Positions 16,707-26,556 of a DNA stretch of 64,000 nt are shown here, in pieces; position 1 is the first letter of the stretch; each line of letters starts with the position of its first letter. The notes under the pieces were generated by a model. It saw nothing but the letters and a program-made list of their open reading frames with translations, did not search any database and was not told the DNA's origin. The translations under genes were made by a program, and so were the position numbers. The DNA lies in the IMG/VR virus record IMGVR_UViG_3300033149_003801, positions 1 to 64,000 of that record. One strand, 5' to 3'. This DNA comes from a virus.

Positions 16707-17181
16707 ATTGAAGATGGGGGGCGTAGAAGCAACCCCAAGCCCTCTCCCTGTGGGAACCTATGCAGCAAGAATTCTTGAGGCAGATTATGGGCTCTCTAAG
16801 AGATCCAATAAGCCCAAGCTGTCTGTCAAATATGAAATTACGCAGCCGGGATTTGAAGGAAGGAAAGCTTTTCATACCTTCTCCTTGCAGCCGCAAGCTC
16901 TTTTCGCTCTTAAAAGAATGCTTTTGGCTACAGGAGAATGGAGCGAGGAGGACTTTCCAGAAGATCCAAATGTAGACATGGACCTAGATACGGCAGACCT
17001 GATTGGACTAGAGGTTGGCTTAGTTATCGTTGCCGATACAAATCAGCGTGGCGAGCCGACCACTAAGACAGACCGAGAAATTCCTGTATCTGAGGTGCAA
17101 GGTCCGGTGGCCGACGGACAGATGGACGCTAGGAATGTCCGTCCAAGCGGAGGAGTACGTAGTCTGTTTCGGTCCAGTTAA
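16693..17181 (+). CDS. DUF669-like phage protein (putative ssDNA-binding partner of Sak4)
   Basis: N-terminus ...PLPVGTYAARILEADYGLSKRSNKPKLSVKYEI..GFEGRK. Synteny with the AAA_24 ATPase. Confidence 0.6.
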   Translation: MPVIKLKMGGVEATPSPLPVGTYAARILEADYGLSKRSNKPKLSVKYEITQPGFEGRKAFHTFSLQPQALFALKRMLLATGEWSEEDFPEDPNVDMDLDTADLIGLEVGLVIVADTNQRGEPTTKTDREIPVSEVQGPVADGQMDARNVRPSGGVRSLFRSS

Positions 17182-17268
17182 CAACAGAACAAGGTAAGTG
17201 AGCAAGCAGGCAAGCGCCTTCCCCGGAGGTGCTTGCCTCTAACTAAGCAAACTACAGGAGACGCGGAG

Positions 17269-19785
17269 ATGCTATTGAATGCGATCTTTGCATCGCTGCG
17301 TCCCACCGAACAGATATACGTATGGCGTAGAGAACCACACAAGAGATTACTCTTAGATAACCCCGGAGAAGTCTACGAGTTTGGTCAAAAGAACCAAACG
17401 TCAGATGTTTATTTTGGAGTCGCTCCGCGAATACGTGGAGAGTTTGATACCGTTAGCAGATTAACAACGGTCTGGGCAGATGTTGACTTCAAAGACTTTG
17501 GGGGGAGTACAGAGCGAGCAGCAAAAGCGGTGGGACGCTTTCCAGTTCTACCTTCCTTTGTAGTAAGGTCTGGACGTGGATGGCACATTTATTGGTTACT
17601 TGCATCGGACGTTAATCCAAAAATCGGACAGGAGATAATGCGCGGCATCATGCATATTATTGGGTCCTGTCCAGTACATGATCCAACCCACGTTCTCAGA
17701 ATACCAGGATCCTATCACTGTAAGGATCCAGATAATAGACTTAAAGTATTTCAAGAAGAGGAGCATCAAGATTATGTATATGACGCAGAAGACCTAAGAA
17801 GGCTCTGTAGATTAGGTGCAGAGACACTTGACGCTATCCCAACGCAGGTAAGAAAGGGTTTGCGAAGCGAACGTGACTGGAGAGTTATTCGAGAGCTAGT
17901 AGCTCTTAATGTCTCTGACAGAACGATATATCAAATAGCAGCCCAACGACCTATTGGAGAACGTTGGAGAGAGAACGACTTTCGGCTTCTGCGGCAAGAT
18001 CTTTCTAAGGCTAGGAGTCATTATGCTGTAGTTGAAGAGCGCTTTATTGAAGCGCTTGACGCTTGGTACTATGTGACAGCAAAAGGCAAGAGTCAGGTAT
18101 CAACTTTTGTATTCGAGCCACAGCGGCTCATTCATAGCATAGATGCGAGAACCGAAGACGTTTTTCTGGGGCGGATGCGTTCTACAGGAAGAATTTGGGA
18201 GGATGTTTTTCTTCCTCGAAATGCCTTTTCTTCAGCGCAATCGTTTCTTCGACAATTGCCTCTGATGCACTGGCAGTGGTTTGCAAACGACTATACGACC
18301 AAACAGCTCTTGGTCTTTTTGATGAAGCAACTACATGATGCTGGAATGCCAGAAGCATTTGGCACTCGTGTTGTTGGCAGACACGACAACTTTTGGGTAA
18401 CTAAAGAGGAAACTCTTGGACCGGATAGAAGCTACTCGCCTGATGAAGCTCCATATACATTTATTTCGTTGAACACATCTCATCGAGATGCTAAGGACGT
18501 CATTCCTAATTTGGCATATCCGGAGTGTTCCAACGAAGACTATAGAGAACTCGTTCAGGAGATATCTAGGTTACTGCCGAGAATAAATGAAGTTGACGTG
18601 TCCACTCCAACCATCGGATGGATTTTTGCAGCTCCTCTAAAACCACTTCTAAACGTTGTGGGAGTTCGTTTTCCCCATCTAAACATATATGGAACGATGG
18701 GTAGTGGAAAGACAGCATCGTTGGTAGACGTTTACCTCCCGTTATTGGGAGTGAAAAATCCCACAACACAGACGTCAGAGACAACGAAGTTCGTATTGCG
18801 TTTGCTGCTTTCCTCTAGCAATGCTGTTCCAATTGTATTTGGAGAATTCAGAGAAGCCCATACTGGTCCTTTAAGGAATGACTTTCTGTCCCTGTTGCGT
18901 ATGGCATATGACACAGGGATGGATTCCAGAGGGCGTGCAGACCTTACAACAGAGACATATATCTTAAGTGCCCCTGTGATTGTCGATGGAGAAGATGCTT
19001 TTGCCGATCCAGCACTTAGACAACGATCAATAACGGTGAATCTCCATCCAGAAACAATCGCTGAGGGATCTCCCAGCAATATCGCATTCAAAAAGTTAAC
19101 CTCCCTTCCCCTAAGGAATTTCGCTAGACGGTACATTCAGAGGACCCTAAGAGAAACTCCTTCTTCTGTAGAAGAGCGGTACAACCGTCTTCTAAAATTG
19201 ACCTATGAGAACTTTCCAGATCCCCTTCCAGACCGCGTTCGCAATGGCTTAGGAGTAGTATATCTTGGGATTGAACTGTTCAATGAACATGTCACAGCCT
19301 GGGGAGGACGGGCCATCTCTATGGAGAAGAGTTCATTCAAAGAACCTATGGACAATGTTCTTATGCGGCTAAAGACGGGGGTATCCAGAGCGCTCGTTGA
19401 TGATTTTGTTGAAGACGTAATTGTCTATATATCTAACGATGCAAATTTGCGAATTACGTTTATCAATTTTTACGATTCATCAACGAACATCCTATGGATA
19501 CACTTGAATTCTGCCATCCATTGGTGGACGAGATCTAGGAGATTTGAAGGTAAAACAGTTCTTGATAATCTTGCTCTACGAGCACAACTGATGGAGCGAT
19601 GCAATCCTACGACAGGGTATGCGATACCTGAGACTCCTATAAATACAAGCCGAGGAATAATACCATGCTTTGGTATAAAGATCTCTAACTGTCAGAATAT
19701 TGGTTTGTCTGTTCCGGATAGGTTATCTACAAAAATACTAGCTATGCGCGGAAATCTTATAACTGTAAAGGAGAAATATGGGTAG
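17269..19785 (+). CDS. AEP primase-polymerase fused to a P-loop (D5/SF3-like) helicase
   Basis: AEP motifs WADVDF, SGRGWHIYW, VHDPTHVLRIPGS. Walker A GTMGSGKT. Confidence 0.85.
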   Translation: MLLNAIFASLRPTEQIYVWRREPHKRLLLDNPGEVYEFGQKNQTSDVYFGVAPRIRGEFDTVSRLTTVWADVDFKDFGGSTERAAKAVGRFPVLPSFVVRSGRGWHIYWLLASDVNPKIGQEIMRGIMHIIGSCPVHDPTHVLRIPGSYHCKDPDNRLKVFQEEEHQDYVYDAEDLRRLCRLGAETLDAIPTQVRKGLRSERDWRVIRELVALNVSDRTIYQIAAQRPIGERWRENDFRLLRQDLSKARSHYAVVEERFIEALDAWYYVTAKGKSQVSTFVFEPQRLIHSIDARTEDVFLGRMRSTGRIWEDVFLPRNAFSSAQSFLRQLPLMHWQWFANDYTTKQLLVFLMKQLHDAGMPEAFGTRVVGRHDNFWVTKEETLGPDRSYSPDEAPYTFISLNTSHRDAKDVIPNLAYPECSNEDYRELVQEISRLLPRINEVDVSTPTIGWIFAAPLKPLLNVVGVRFPHLNIYGTMGSGKTASLVDVYLPLLGVKNPTTQTSETTKFVLRLLLSSSNAVPIVFGEFREAHTGPLRNDFLSLLRMAYDTGMDSRGRADLTTETYILSAPVIVDGEDAFADPALRQRSITVNLHPETIAEGSPSNIAFKKLTSLPLRNFARRYIQRTLRETPSSVEERYNRLLKLTYENFPDPLPDRVRNGLGVVYLGIELFNEHVTAWGGRAISMEKSSFKEPMDNVLMRLKTGVSRALVDDFVEDVIVYISNDANLRITFINFYDSSTNILWIHLNSAIHWWTRSRRFEGKTVLDNLALRAQLMERCNPTTGYAIPETPINTSRGIIPCFGIKISNCQNIGLSVPDRLSTKILAMRGNLITVKEKYG

Positions 19786-22144
19786 AGAAGACAGCTTCCG
19801 ACGGAAAGACCCACTTGCACAATGTGAAAAGTGCCCATTAGCAACGCAAGTAGGTATGTACGGTCGTGGAGATATAGAGGAGGGCGCCGGACAAGCGAAC
19901 GTAGTTATCGTCGGTGAGGGACCTGGAAGAACTGAGATTGCCTTACGCCAAGTATTCGTTGGCCCTAGTGGAAAACTTCTTCACCAAATGATGGAAAAAT
20001 ATCCTTTAGGTTCATTTTGGCTAACTAACGCCGCCCTCTGTGCAGGCACTAGTGCCAAGATGAAAACACAGGCTGCAGAATGTTGCAAAGAACGGCTGTT
20101 TGCAAAGATTGCAGAACTGAGACCAAAGGTCGTTGTTTCATTAGGAAACATTCCAACTAATATCTTTCTTGGTAAAGGAGAGGGAATTACAAATCGACGG
20201 GGAACAATAAATAACATTGAGATAAACGGGTGGAAAACTACCCTGGTCCCAACGTTTCATCCGGCGGCAATATTACGAAATAATGTTCTTTTGCAGGACT
20301 TGGAAGCAGACTTTGAAAAAGTATCAGATTTGATTTATGGCGAAGCCACAGGGAGAGCCATCGTTCTCCCTCCACAACCTAACGAGATAGACTTTGAGGT
20401 AACTACAGATTATCCCAGGGTATTAGAAGAAGCAGAACGAAGTGATTTTGCTGTATTAGACCTGGAAACAACAGGATTGGATATGACTAGAGATAAAATC
20501 ATCTGTGCTGTAATTGCTACAGATAGAAACATATATTTGCTACCACAGGAAACTCTGTATTCTCCGGACTTTATAAAACAGCTTCTACGATGCAAAGCGC
20601 ATTGGAGTGGGCATAACTCAAAGTTCGATAGAAACTTCCTAGCCTATCAATTAGGAGCACGGGTTGACTTCGCTTTCGACTCTATGTTAGCTCATTACTT
20701 GCTTGATGAACGCAAGGGAACTCACGGGCTCAAGGAGATTTGCCGAAGAACCTGGAACGCACCAGATTGGGAGCGTCCGATTCGAGAGCGAAAGAGGAGA
20801 AAAGAGATTGATAATTATGGGCAAATGCCACGAGAAGAATTGTATATATACGCGGCAAACGACGGCTATTGGCAACGGAAGTTGACCCAAAGTCTAGGGG
20901 ATGAGATCGCAGCGGACCGTCGTCTTCGTTGGCTGTTCTTAGAGCTTCTTATGCCTGCTTCCAATGCTCTGTCTGACATGGAGATCGTCGGGGTGCAGAT
21001 AGATCGTGACGCACTAAGTAGGCTAATTCCCAAATATGAGAAGAGGCTAGAGGATATTACGAAGGAACTTGTTCAGCTCGCTGGACACGATTTCAACCCA
21101 AGATCACCTATTCAGGTAGCTAAGGTTATGTTTGACGAGCTTGGGCTCCAGATGATCGAGGGTAGATCCACAGGGGCTAAGAATGTTCTCAAACGTTACA
21201 CCACGCCACATCCGTTCGTTACAAAACTGCTAGAGTTCCGAGAGGCAAATACAATTTACTCTCGATACATCAAGGGATTAGCGAAACACTTAGATCCTAT
21301 GGATCGAATACATACGTCGTTCAATTTGGCAGGAACAGTTACTGGTAGGCTATCTTCGAGTAATCCTAATTTACAGAACATTCCCAGTCGCGTGCCAGAG
21401 GCAGCAAAGGACATACGTGATTTGTTCGTCGCCGATGCTGGCTTGCTTTGGTCAGCAGCGGACTTTTCTCAGATAGAATTACGAATGATCGCCCTCCTGT
21501 CAGGAGATGAATATTTGGTAGGTTGCTATCAACAGGGCCGGGATTTGCACGCGGAGATGGCTAGGGAAATCTGGGGAGATAACTATACAAAAGCTCAACG
21601 CTTCCTCGCAAAAGGAGTCAATTTTGGATTGGCCTATGGAAGAACGGTAGAAGGCATCTTGACTGACGGAACCCTAAATATTTCACAAGAGGAGGCAGAG
21701 AGACTTGCTAGGCTATTCTTTCAGAGGATGCCAGGAGTTCTTAACTGGATTAAGGGAATACATAGGTTTGTCAGAGAGCATGGTTACATTGAGTCACCAT
21801 TGGGTAGGCGTCGCCATTTTAGAGAGACTACAATGTTCTCTTCCCAGGATTTTATATCCTGGGAGAAAGTATATCGTGAAGCAGTGAATATGCCTCCGCA
21901 AAGTGCCGCTAGTGACGCTACGCTATATTCACTCATTCAGCTTCATAAAAAAGGATTTGATATCAGACTCACTGTCCACGATGATATCAAAGTACAAGGA
22001 CCTAAAGATCAGATTCGTGACATCGCTAATGAACAAATACAAATCATGTCTCAAAGCGCACGAGATTTATATGGAGACAGTATTCCCTTTCCTGCAAGTG
22101 TGGAAATAGGGCGTAGATGGGGATCACTAGAGGAGATAAATTAG
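19778..22144 (+). CDS. family A DNA polymerase with N-terminal family-4 uracil-DNA glycosylase domain and 3'-5' exonuclease
   Basis: UDG: CEKC, GEGPG, GPSGKLL, FHPAAILRN. Exo: LDLETTGLD, HNSKFD, YAANDGYW. Pol: DFSQIELRMIA, KGVNFGLAYG, VHDD. Confidence 0.95.
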   Translation: MGREDSFRRKDPLAQCEKCPLATQVGMYGRGDIEEGAGQANVVIVGEGPGRTEIALRQVFVGPSGKLLHQMMEKYPLGSFWLTNAALCAGTSAKMKTQAAECCKERLFAKIAELRPKVVVSLGNIPTNIFLGKGEGITNRRGTINNIEINGWKTTLVPTFHPAAILRNNVLLQDLEADFEKVSDLIYGEATGRAIVLPPQPNEIDFEVTTDYPRVLEEAERSDFAVLDLETTGLDMTRDKIICAVIATDRNIYLLPQETLYSPDFIKQLLRCKAHWSGHNSKFDRNFLAYQLGARVDFAFDSMLAHYLLDERKGTHGLKEICRRTWNAPDWERPIRERKRRKEIDNYGQMPREELYIYAANDGYWQRKLTQSLGDEIAADRRLRWLFLELLMPASNALSDMEIVGVQIDRDALSRLIPKYEKRLEDITKELVQLAGHDFNPRSPIQVAKVMFDELGLQMIEGRSTGAKNVLKRYTTPHPFVTKLLEFREANTIYSRYIKGLAKHLDPMDRIHTSFNLAGTVTGRLSSSNPNLQNIPSRVPEAAKDIRDLFVADAGLLWSAADFSQIELRMIALLSGDEYLVGCYQQGRDLHAEMAREIWGDNYTKAQRFLAKGVNFGLAYGRTVEGILTDGTLNISQEEAERLARLFFQRMPGVLNWIKGIHRFVREHGYIESPLGRRRHFRETTMFSSQDFISWEKVYREAVNMPPQSAASDATLYSLIQLHKKGFDIRLTVHDDIKVQGPKDQIRDIANEQIQIMSQSARDLYGDSIPFPASVEIGRRWGSLEEIN

Positions 22145-22145
22145 G

Positions 22146-22565
22146 ATGATTATTCTTGCACTAGACCCTGGAGAAACAACGGGATACGTGATTGTACAAG
22201 CAGCAAAAGCAAATGGAACAGAGCCGGATATAGACATAGAGGATACTGGAGTCCTCTCCCTTTGGAGAGGAGTAGATCACCTTATTGAAGAGCATGAACC
22301 ACAATTGATAATTGCCGAGCAATACCGGCTTTTACCTAGCAAAGCCAAAAGTCAATCGTATAGCATCATAGTCTCCTCTCGTGTTTTAGGCGTGATCCAA
22401 TATCTTGCAGAGGAGCGCAAAATCCCGTTGATCTTGCAGTCTCCCCCTGTGGCTAGATTTCATCGCTTACCAAAAGAGATATTCCGAAGGACACGCGGAG
22501 AGCATATTCGAGACGCAATGCTGCATATATGGGCCTATTTGAAAACCCAAAAGGAGGTAATTTAG
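22146..22565 (+). CDS. RuvC-like Holliday junction resolvase
   Basis: ILALDPGETTGY, IIAEQY, EHIRDA. Confidence 0.85.
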   Translation: MIILALDPGETTGYVIVQAAKANGTEPDIDIEDTGVLSLWRGVDHLIEEHEPQLIIAEQYRLLPSKAKSQSYSIIVSSRVLGVIQYLAEERKIPLILQSPPVARFHRLPKEIFRRTRGEHIRDAMLHIWAYLKTQKEVI

Positions 22566-25249
22566 TGATTGACTTCGTTCCTGCACGAGGTCGATGGCGT
22601 GCAAAGTATGTTGCTTATGGCGATGAGGCTCTTGCTATAGCCAGAGCATTAGGGGATATTCCTGGAGTATCCTATGATCGTAAGACACGCTCCGTTTTAC
22701 TCCCTGCGGAAATTCGTCTACTAGAATTAGCTGTAGAGAAAACAAGCTGTAAATTGACAGATACACTACAAAGACAATACGAATTTCACTTGGAGCGAGA
22801 GAGACAGATTGCAAATATTCTAGCCAAAACAGACGTAGAGATCAACCATCCTAAGGCATCGCTTTTGCGACCATACCAACGGATAGGTGTTGCTTTTATG
22901 CTCCTTCTAGGGCGCTCCATGCTATGTGACGACATGGGGCTAGGCAAACTTTTGCCAAATAGTGAGCCTGTGCTGACTCCTACCGGATGGGTCACAAATG
23001 GATCGCTGCGTCCCGGAGATCTCGTTATTGGCAGAAATGGAAGACCTACTGAGGTGCTTGGAGTGTACCCGCAGGGAAGACAACCAATAGTTAGAGTATC
23101 GTTTTCTGATGAGTCTTGGGTGAGATGTTCGTGGAACCACCTGTGGGCAGTACAAACTAATGATAGAACGAACAATCCGGAGCATTGGCGTGTGATGTCT
23201 ACAAGGGACATCGTTACCTCTGGAATTGTACGCAGTGATGGAAATTGCATTTGGCGTATTCCAATGGTGCAGCCTATCTACTATGCACCCGTTACGCTTA
23301 CATTAGACCCTTATCTTCTTGGTGTTCTACTAGGAAATGGTAGATTATCCGCTGAAGGATATGTTTACATAACTGCTGATGAGAAAATCATTGACCGGCT
23401 TGGTCTGTCAGGAAGGCAAATAGGTCACGTTGGTAACGGAATAATAGAGTTCTCTATTGTAGATAGAGAAGTACGAGAGTCAGTAAGAACATTGAGACTC
23501 TCAGAGGGGCACTCTTGGGAGAAGTTCGTACCGGATGTGTATTTGAGAGGCTCACCAGAGCAGCGGTTAGATCTCCTGCAAGGGTTAATGGATACAAACG
23601 GGCGTGCAATGCCGGAAGGTGGAGCAGAATTTTGTTCTACTAGCAGTAATCTCATAGATGCTGTCATAGAATTGGTACAGTCCCTTGGTGGAATTGCACA
23701 TGGTAGACGTATTGTAAGAACCACTTGCCACTGCGAGGAAAAATTAAGACAGGAGAGGAGAGCTGAACGCATAAGTATCAAGCTTCCAGCTCCGTATGTA
23801 CCATTTTGGCTGGAACGTAAAGCAACTAAATATGTCATATCTACAAAAAATCAACCAAACAGGTTAATCACCTCAATAGAAGAAGATAGTGAAGAGGAAT
23901 CTTCCTGCATAAAAGTAGCCGCAGAAGATAATCTATATGTAACTAGATCATATGTTGTTACTCACAACACAGTGCAATCAATAGTAGCAGTAGAGTCTAC
24001 AAAACGACATAATAGGGTATTGGTTGTCTGTCCCAACTCAATAAAACAGCAGTGGCAATCGGAGATATTGAAGTGGTCAGCGGAGAAGCCAAAAGTTACA
24101 GTAATAAGATGGAAAGATAGAGAGAAACAGCTTCAGAATTATTCTAAGGGATGGCTCATTGTAAACTATAACAACTTTAGAGCAGATGAGAGATTTGCTG
24201 TTTTGTGCCATTGGGACTGGACATTATTTGATGAGGGATACGTGCTGAAAAACCGTAAGACAAAAACTGTGGCGATGGCACGTAAAGTTCAAGCTAGGCG
24301 AATGAGCATTCTAACGGGAACCCCAATAGGTAATAATGTCTCTGAGATATGGTCTTTGCTGCACATTCTATATCCAAAAGATTATCCTGCATATTGGCGC
24401 TTTTTCGAGATGTACGTTAGTTACATTGAAGATATGTGGGGGAAGAAAGAGATCTTAGGTACTAAAAATACTCATTTATTACGCAGAGATCTATCTATGC
24501 GTATGCTCCAACGCAAGAAAGAGGAAGTCGCGCGGGAGATTCCTGATAAAATTAGGCAACAGATTGAGTTGGTTATGGATAAGAAGCAGCAGCAAGCTTA
24601 TAAGGACATGGCTACTAAGGGCTATTTGGAGCTTTCAGAATCTGAGGTCCTTACAGTATCAAATATGATGTCTTTGATTGTGCGACTTCGCCAAATTCTG
24701 AGCACTCCAGCTAACTTTGGGCTTCCAGATGATTCCTGCAAGCTTGATGCTGCAATGGACATAATAAGAGGAACGGACCAGAAAGTAATCGTCTTTACAG
24801 TTTATCGAAAGACTGTTCTCACCCTGTGTAAGCGCTTATCTAAGGAAGGGATTAAGCACACCATGATTATGGGAGGGATAGATATAGAGGACAGAGAGAC
24901 AGCTAAGCAAGGGATAAATGAAGGGGACGTACAAGTTCTGGTTTGTACCATCCGCTCCGGAGGACTAGGCTTGAATCTACAAGGAGCGTCAATCGGAATA
25001 TTCATAGATAAAGAATGGAATCCGATTGACCAAGCACAGGCTGAAGACAGACTTCACCGTATTGGACAAACAAAAAAGGTACAGATCATAGATTTAATCT
25101 GCAAGGGAACGATAGATGATTATGTCGAAGCGGTGCTCTCTAAGAAGCTTCGTATGACTGAGGAGATACTCAAGAAATCTCTCTTTGAGGAGCTTAAAAA
25201 ATACGTTTCCGACTTCACCCTTGTAGATAATGACTTTCCTTTTGCCTAG
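22565..25249 (+). CDS. SNF2-family helicase (intein-containing precursor)
   Basis: GTG at 22565 after AAGGAGG. DDMGLGK | intein | TVQSI; DEGY box; LTGTPIGN; helicase-C GGLGLNLQ...DKEWNP..QAEDRLHRIGQ. Confidence 0.9.
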   Translation: MIDFVPARGRWRAKYVAYGDEALAIARALGDIPGVSYDRKTRSVLLPAEIRLLELAVEKTSCKLTDTLQRQYEFHLERERQIANILAKTDVEINHPKASLLRPYQRIGVAFMLLLGRSMLCDDMGLGKLLPNSEPVLTPTGWVTNGSLRPGDLVIGRNGRPTEVLGVYPQGRQPIVRVSFSDESWVRCSWNHLWAVQTNDRTNNPEHWRVMSTRDIVTSGIVRSDGNCIWRIPMVQPIYYAPVTLTLDPYLLGVLLGNGRLSAEGYVYITADEKIIDRLGLSGRQIGHVGNGIIEFSIVDREVRESVRTLRLSEGHSWEKFVPDVYLRGSPEQRLDLLQGLMDTNGRAMPEGGAEFCSTSSNLIDAVIELVQSLGGIAHGRRIVRTTCHCEEKLRQERRAERISIKLPAPYVPFWLERKATKYVISTKNQPNRLITSIEEDSEEESSCIKVAAEDNLYVTRSYVVTHNTVQSIVAVESTKRHNRVLVVCPNSIKQQWQSEILKWSAEKPKVTVIRWKDREKQLQNYSKGWLIVNYNNFRADERFAVLCHWDWTLFDEGYVLKNRKTKTVAMARKVQARRMSILTGTPIGNNVSEIWSLLHILYPKDYPAYWRFFEMYVSYIEDMWGKKEILGTKNTHLLRRDLSMRMLQRKKEEVAREIPDKIRQQIELVMDKKQQQAYKDMATKGYLELSESEVLTVSNMMSLIVRLRQILSTPANFGLPDDSCKLDAAMDIIRGTDQKVIVFTVYRKTVLTLCKRLSKEGIKHTMIMGGIDIEDRETAKQGINEGDVQVLVCTIRSGGLGLNLQGASIGIFIDKEWNPIDQAQAEDRLHRIGQTKKVQIIDLICKGTIDDYVEAVLSKKLRMTEEILKKSLFEELKKYVSDFTLVDNDFPFA
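22949..23968 (+). mobile_element. 340-aa intein with LAGLIDADG homing-endonuclease domain, class-3 (WCT) signature
   Basis: Removing 22949..23968 restores GLGKTVQS. Block A LLPNSEPVLTPTGW, block B SWNHLW, LAGLIDADG-like LLGVLLGNG and LLQGLMDTNG, block F SSCIKV, block G VVTHN|T. Confidence 0.85.
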
Positions 25250-25266
25250 AGTCATAGCTAGTTCTA

Positions 25267-25485
25267 TCACTTTGTTACGAGCCACCAGAGAAATACACCC
25301 AACGCAGGAAGCAAGCCTGCAGCAAATCCCCATACTCCAGCTTTAACTTGCAATCTGGCAATCTCTACGCAGATACGGTTCTGCTGCTCTGCCAATCGTT
25401 CATAGCACGTATTTAGCCGTTCTAGTTCACTGAGAACATGACGGCTCCATTCGTTCCATCCATCAGGAGACATTGGGATACCCAT
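25267..25485 (-). CDS. XhlA-like small membrane protein (coiled coil plus C-terminal TM); lysis-associated?
   Basis: LSELERLNTCYERLAEQQNRICVEIARLQ followed by TM GVWGFAAGLLPALGVFLWWLV. Confidence 0.5.
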   Translation of the reverse strand: MGIPMSPDGWNEWSRHVLSELERLNTCYERLAEQQNRICVEIARLQVKAGVWGFAAGLLPALGVFLWWLVTK

Positions 25486-25963
25486 CGCTGGCAGGCATAG
25501 TAATGCAGAGTTGCCAGCAGTCCTCTAGTGCAGTAGCTCCATGTGCCTCATGGGGAAGGAAATAACGCATACCTTGAGGAGCTAACTCTTTGTCCCCATT
25601 ATCAACATGGAGCAAAAGACGACCAGACACTACTAGTATCCATTCGCTCTCAGCGTGTTGATGCTTAGGATATCTTGCACCTGCGCTCATAAAAATTCGT
25701 TGAATTGCCAGCTCAGGTTGCCACCACAATCCAAAGCCTAGCGACGTACCTCCTTCTACTCTATGCTCAACAGCATGACTTGATGTAATTCCCTGTAGCG
25801 TAGTCAAAGCGAGCAAGTTAGGGAGATTATTGGTCATTTTCCTGAGTTTCTCTAGTGATTCACATGTACTATTTTTCACTGTATCACTATCGTTCTTAGT
25901 GGTAGCAGCAGCAGAGCTGCCGCAAAGACGCATATTTTTAGGTATCGCTATCTGTAGCACCAT
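25463..25963 (-). CDS. cupin-domain protein (start may be the internal ATG at 25837)
   Basis: KHQHAESEWILVVSGRLLLHVD.G...L..G....LPHEAHGA: cupin metal-site pattern. Confidence 0.6.
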   Translation of the reverse strand: MVLQIAIPKNMRLCGSSAAATTKNDSDTVKNSTCESLEKLRKMTNNLPNLLALTTLQGITSSHAVEHRVEGGTSLGFGLWWQPELAIQRIFMSAGARYPKHQHAESEWILVVSGRLLLHVDNGDKELAPQGMRYFLPHEAHGATALEDCWQLCITMPASDGYPNVS

Positions 25964-26240
25964 CTATATTACTCCCCTCTTTGGAATCTACCAGAGGATC
26001 TGACAGCCTTTCCTCCTTCCTTAAAACGAATCTACCGTTAGTGGGATTTCTCTCCAGGACATATTCCCTGGGATCTGCTCCAATTTGATCACAGGCGGCT
26101 TTGATAAGCTCATTTATAGCATTGGCGTATTTTTCAAGCGCTTCTTGTCGTTGAACGACAACAGCAGCCATAGCTGTAGCGATACCCTCAGAGATCTTTA
26201 TTGTATCTGGAGATCTTTTCTGTTCCGTTATCTTAGACAT
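25938..26240 (-). CDS. hypothetical protein
   Basis: ORF in the late operon. Confidence 0.55.
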   Translation of the reverse strand: MSKITEQKRSPDTIKISEGIATAMAAVVVQRQEALEKYANAINELIKAACDQIGADPREYVLERNPTNGRFVLRKEERLSDPLVDSKEGSNIDGATDSDT

Positions 26241-26281
26241 TATGTTCCTCCCTTAATAGATGATTGTTCCTCGTTACATTC

Positions 26282-26551
26282 TTAGCGAATATCAATATTA
26301 TCTACCTCTTGTCTTGTTGCATCCTTGGTTGGTTGGATGAGTTGCCGAACTAGAACACGTTTCACAGTATCCTTAATGATGCGTTGTATTAGGTAGCGTT
26401 TGACAAAGGCAGCCTTGGACTCTGGATTAGGAACCAGATCCTCATCCTCGTCTTCAACCACAGAAGGATATCCCCATGCAACAGCAAGTGCATTTACTAC
26501 AACCTCTACGTATTGGTCTGGAATGTCAATCGTTATCTTCGCCATGCCCAT
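26282..26551 (-). CDS. hypothetical protein
   Basis: ORF immediately downstream of the tail fibre gene. Confidence 0.55.
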   Translation of the reverse strand: MGMAKITIDIPDQYVEVVVNALAVAWGYPSVVEDEDEDLVPNPESKAAFVKRYLIQRIIKDTVKRVLVRQLIQPTKDATRQEVDNIDIR

Positions 26552-26556
26552 CCCCC

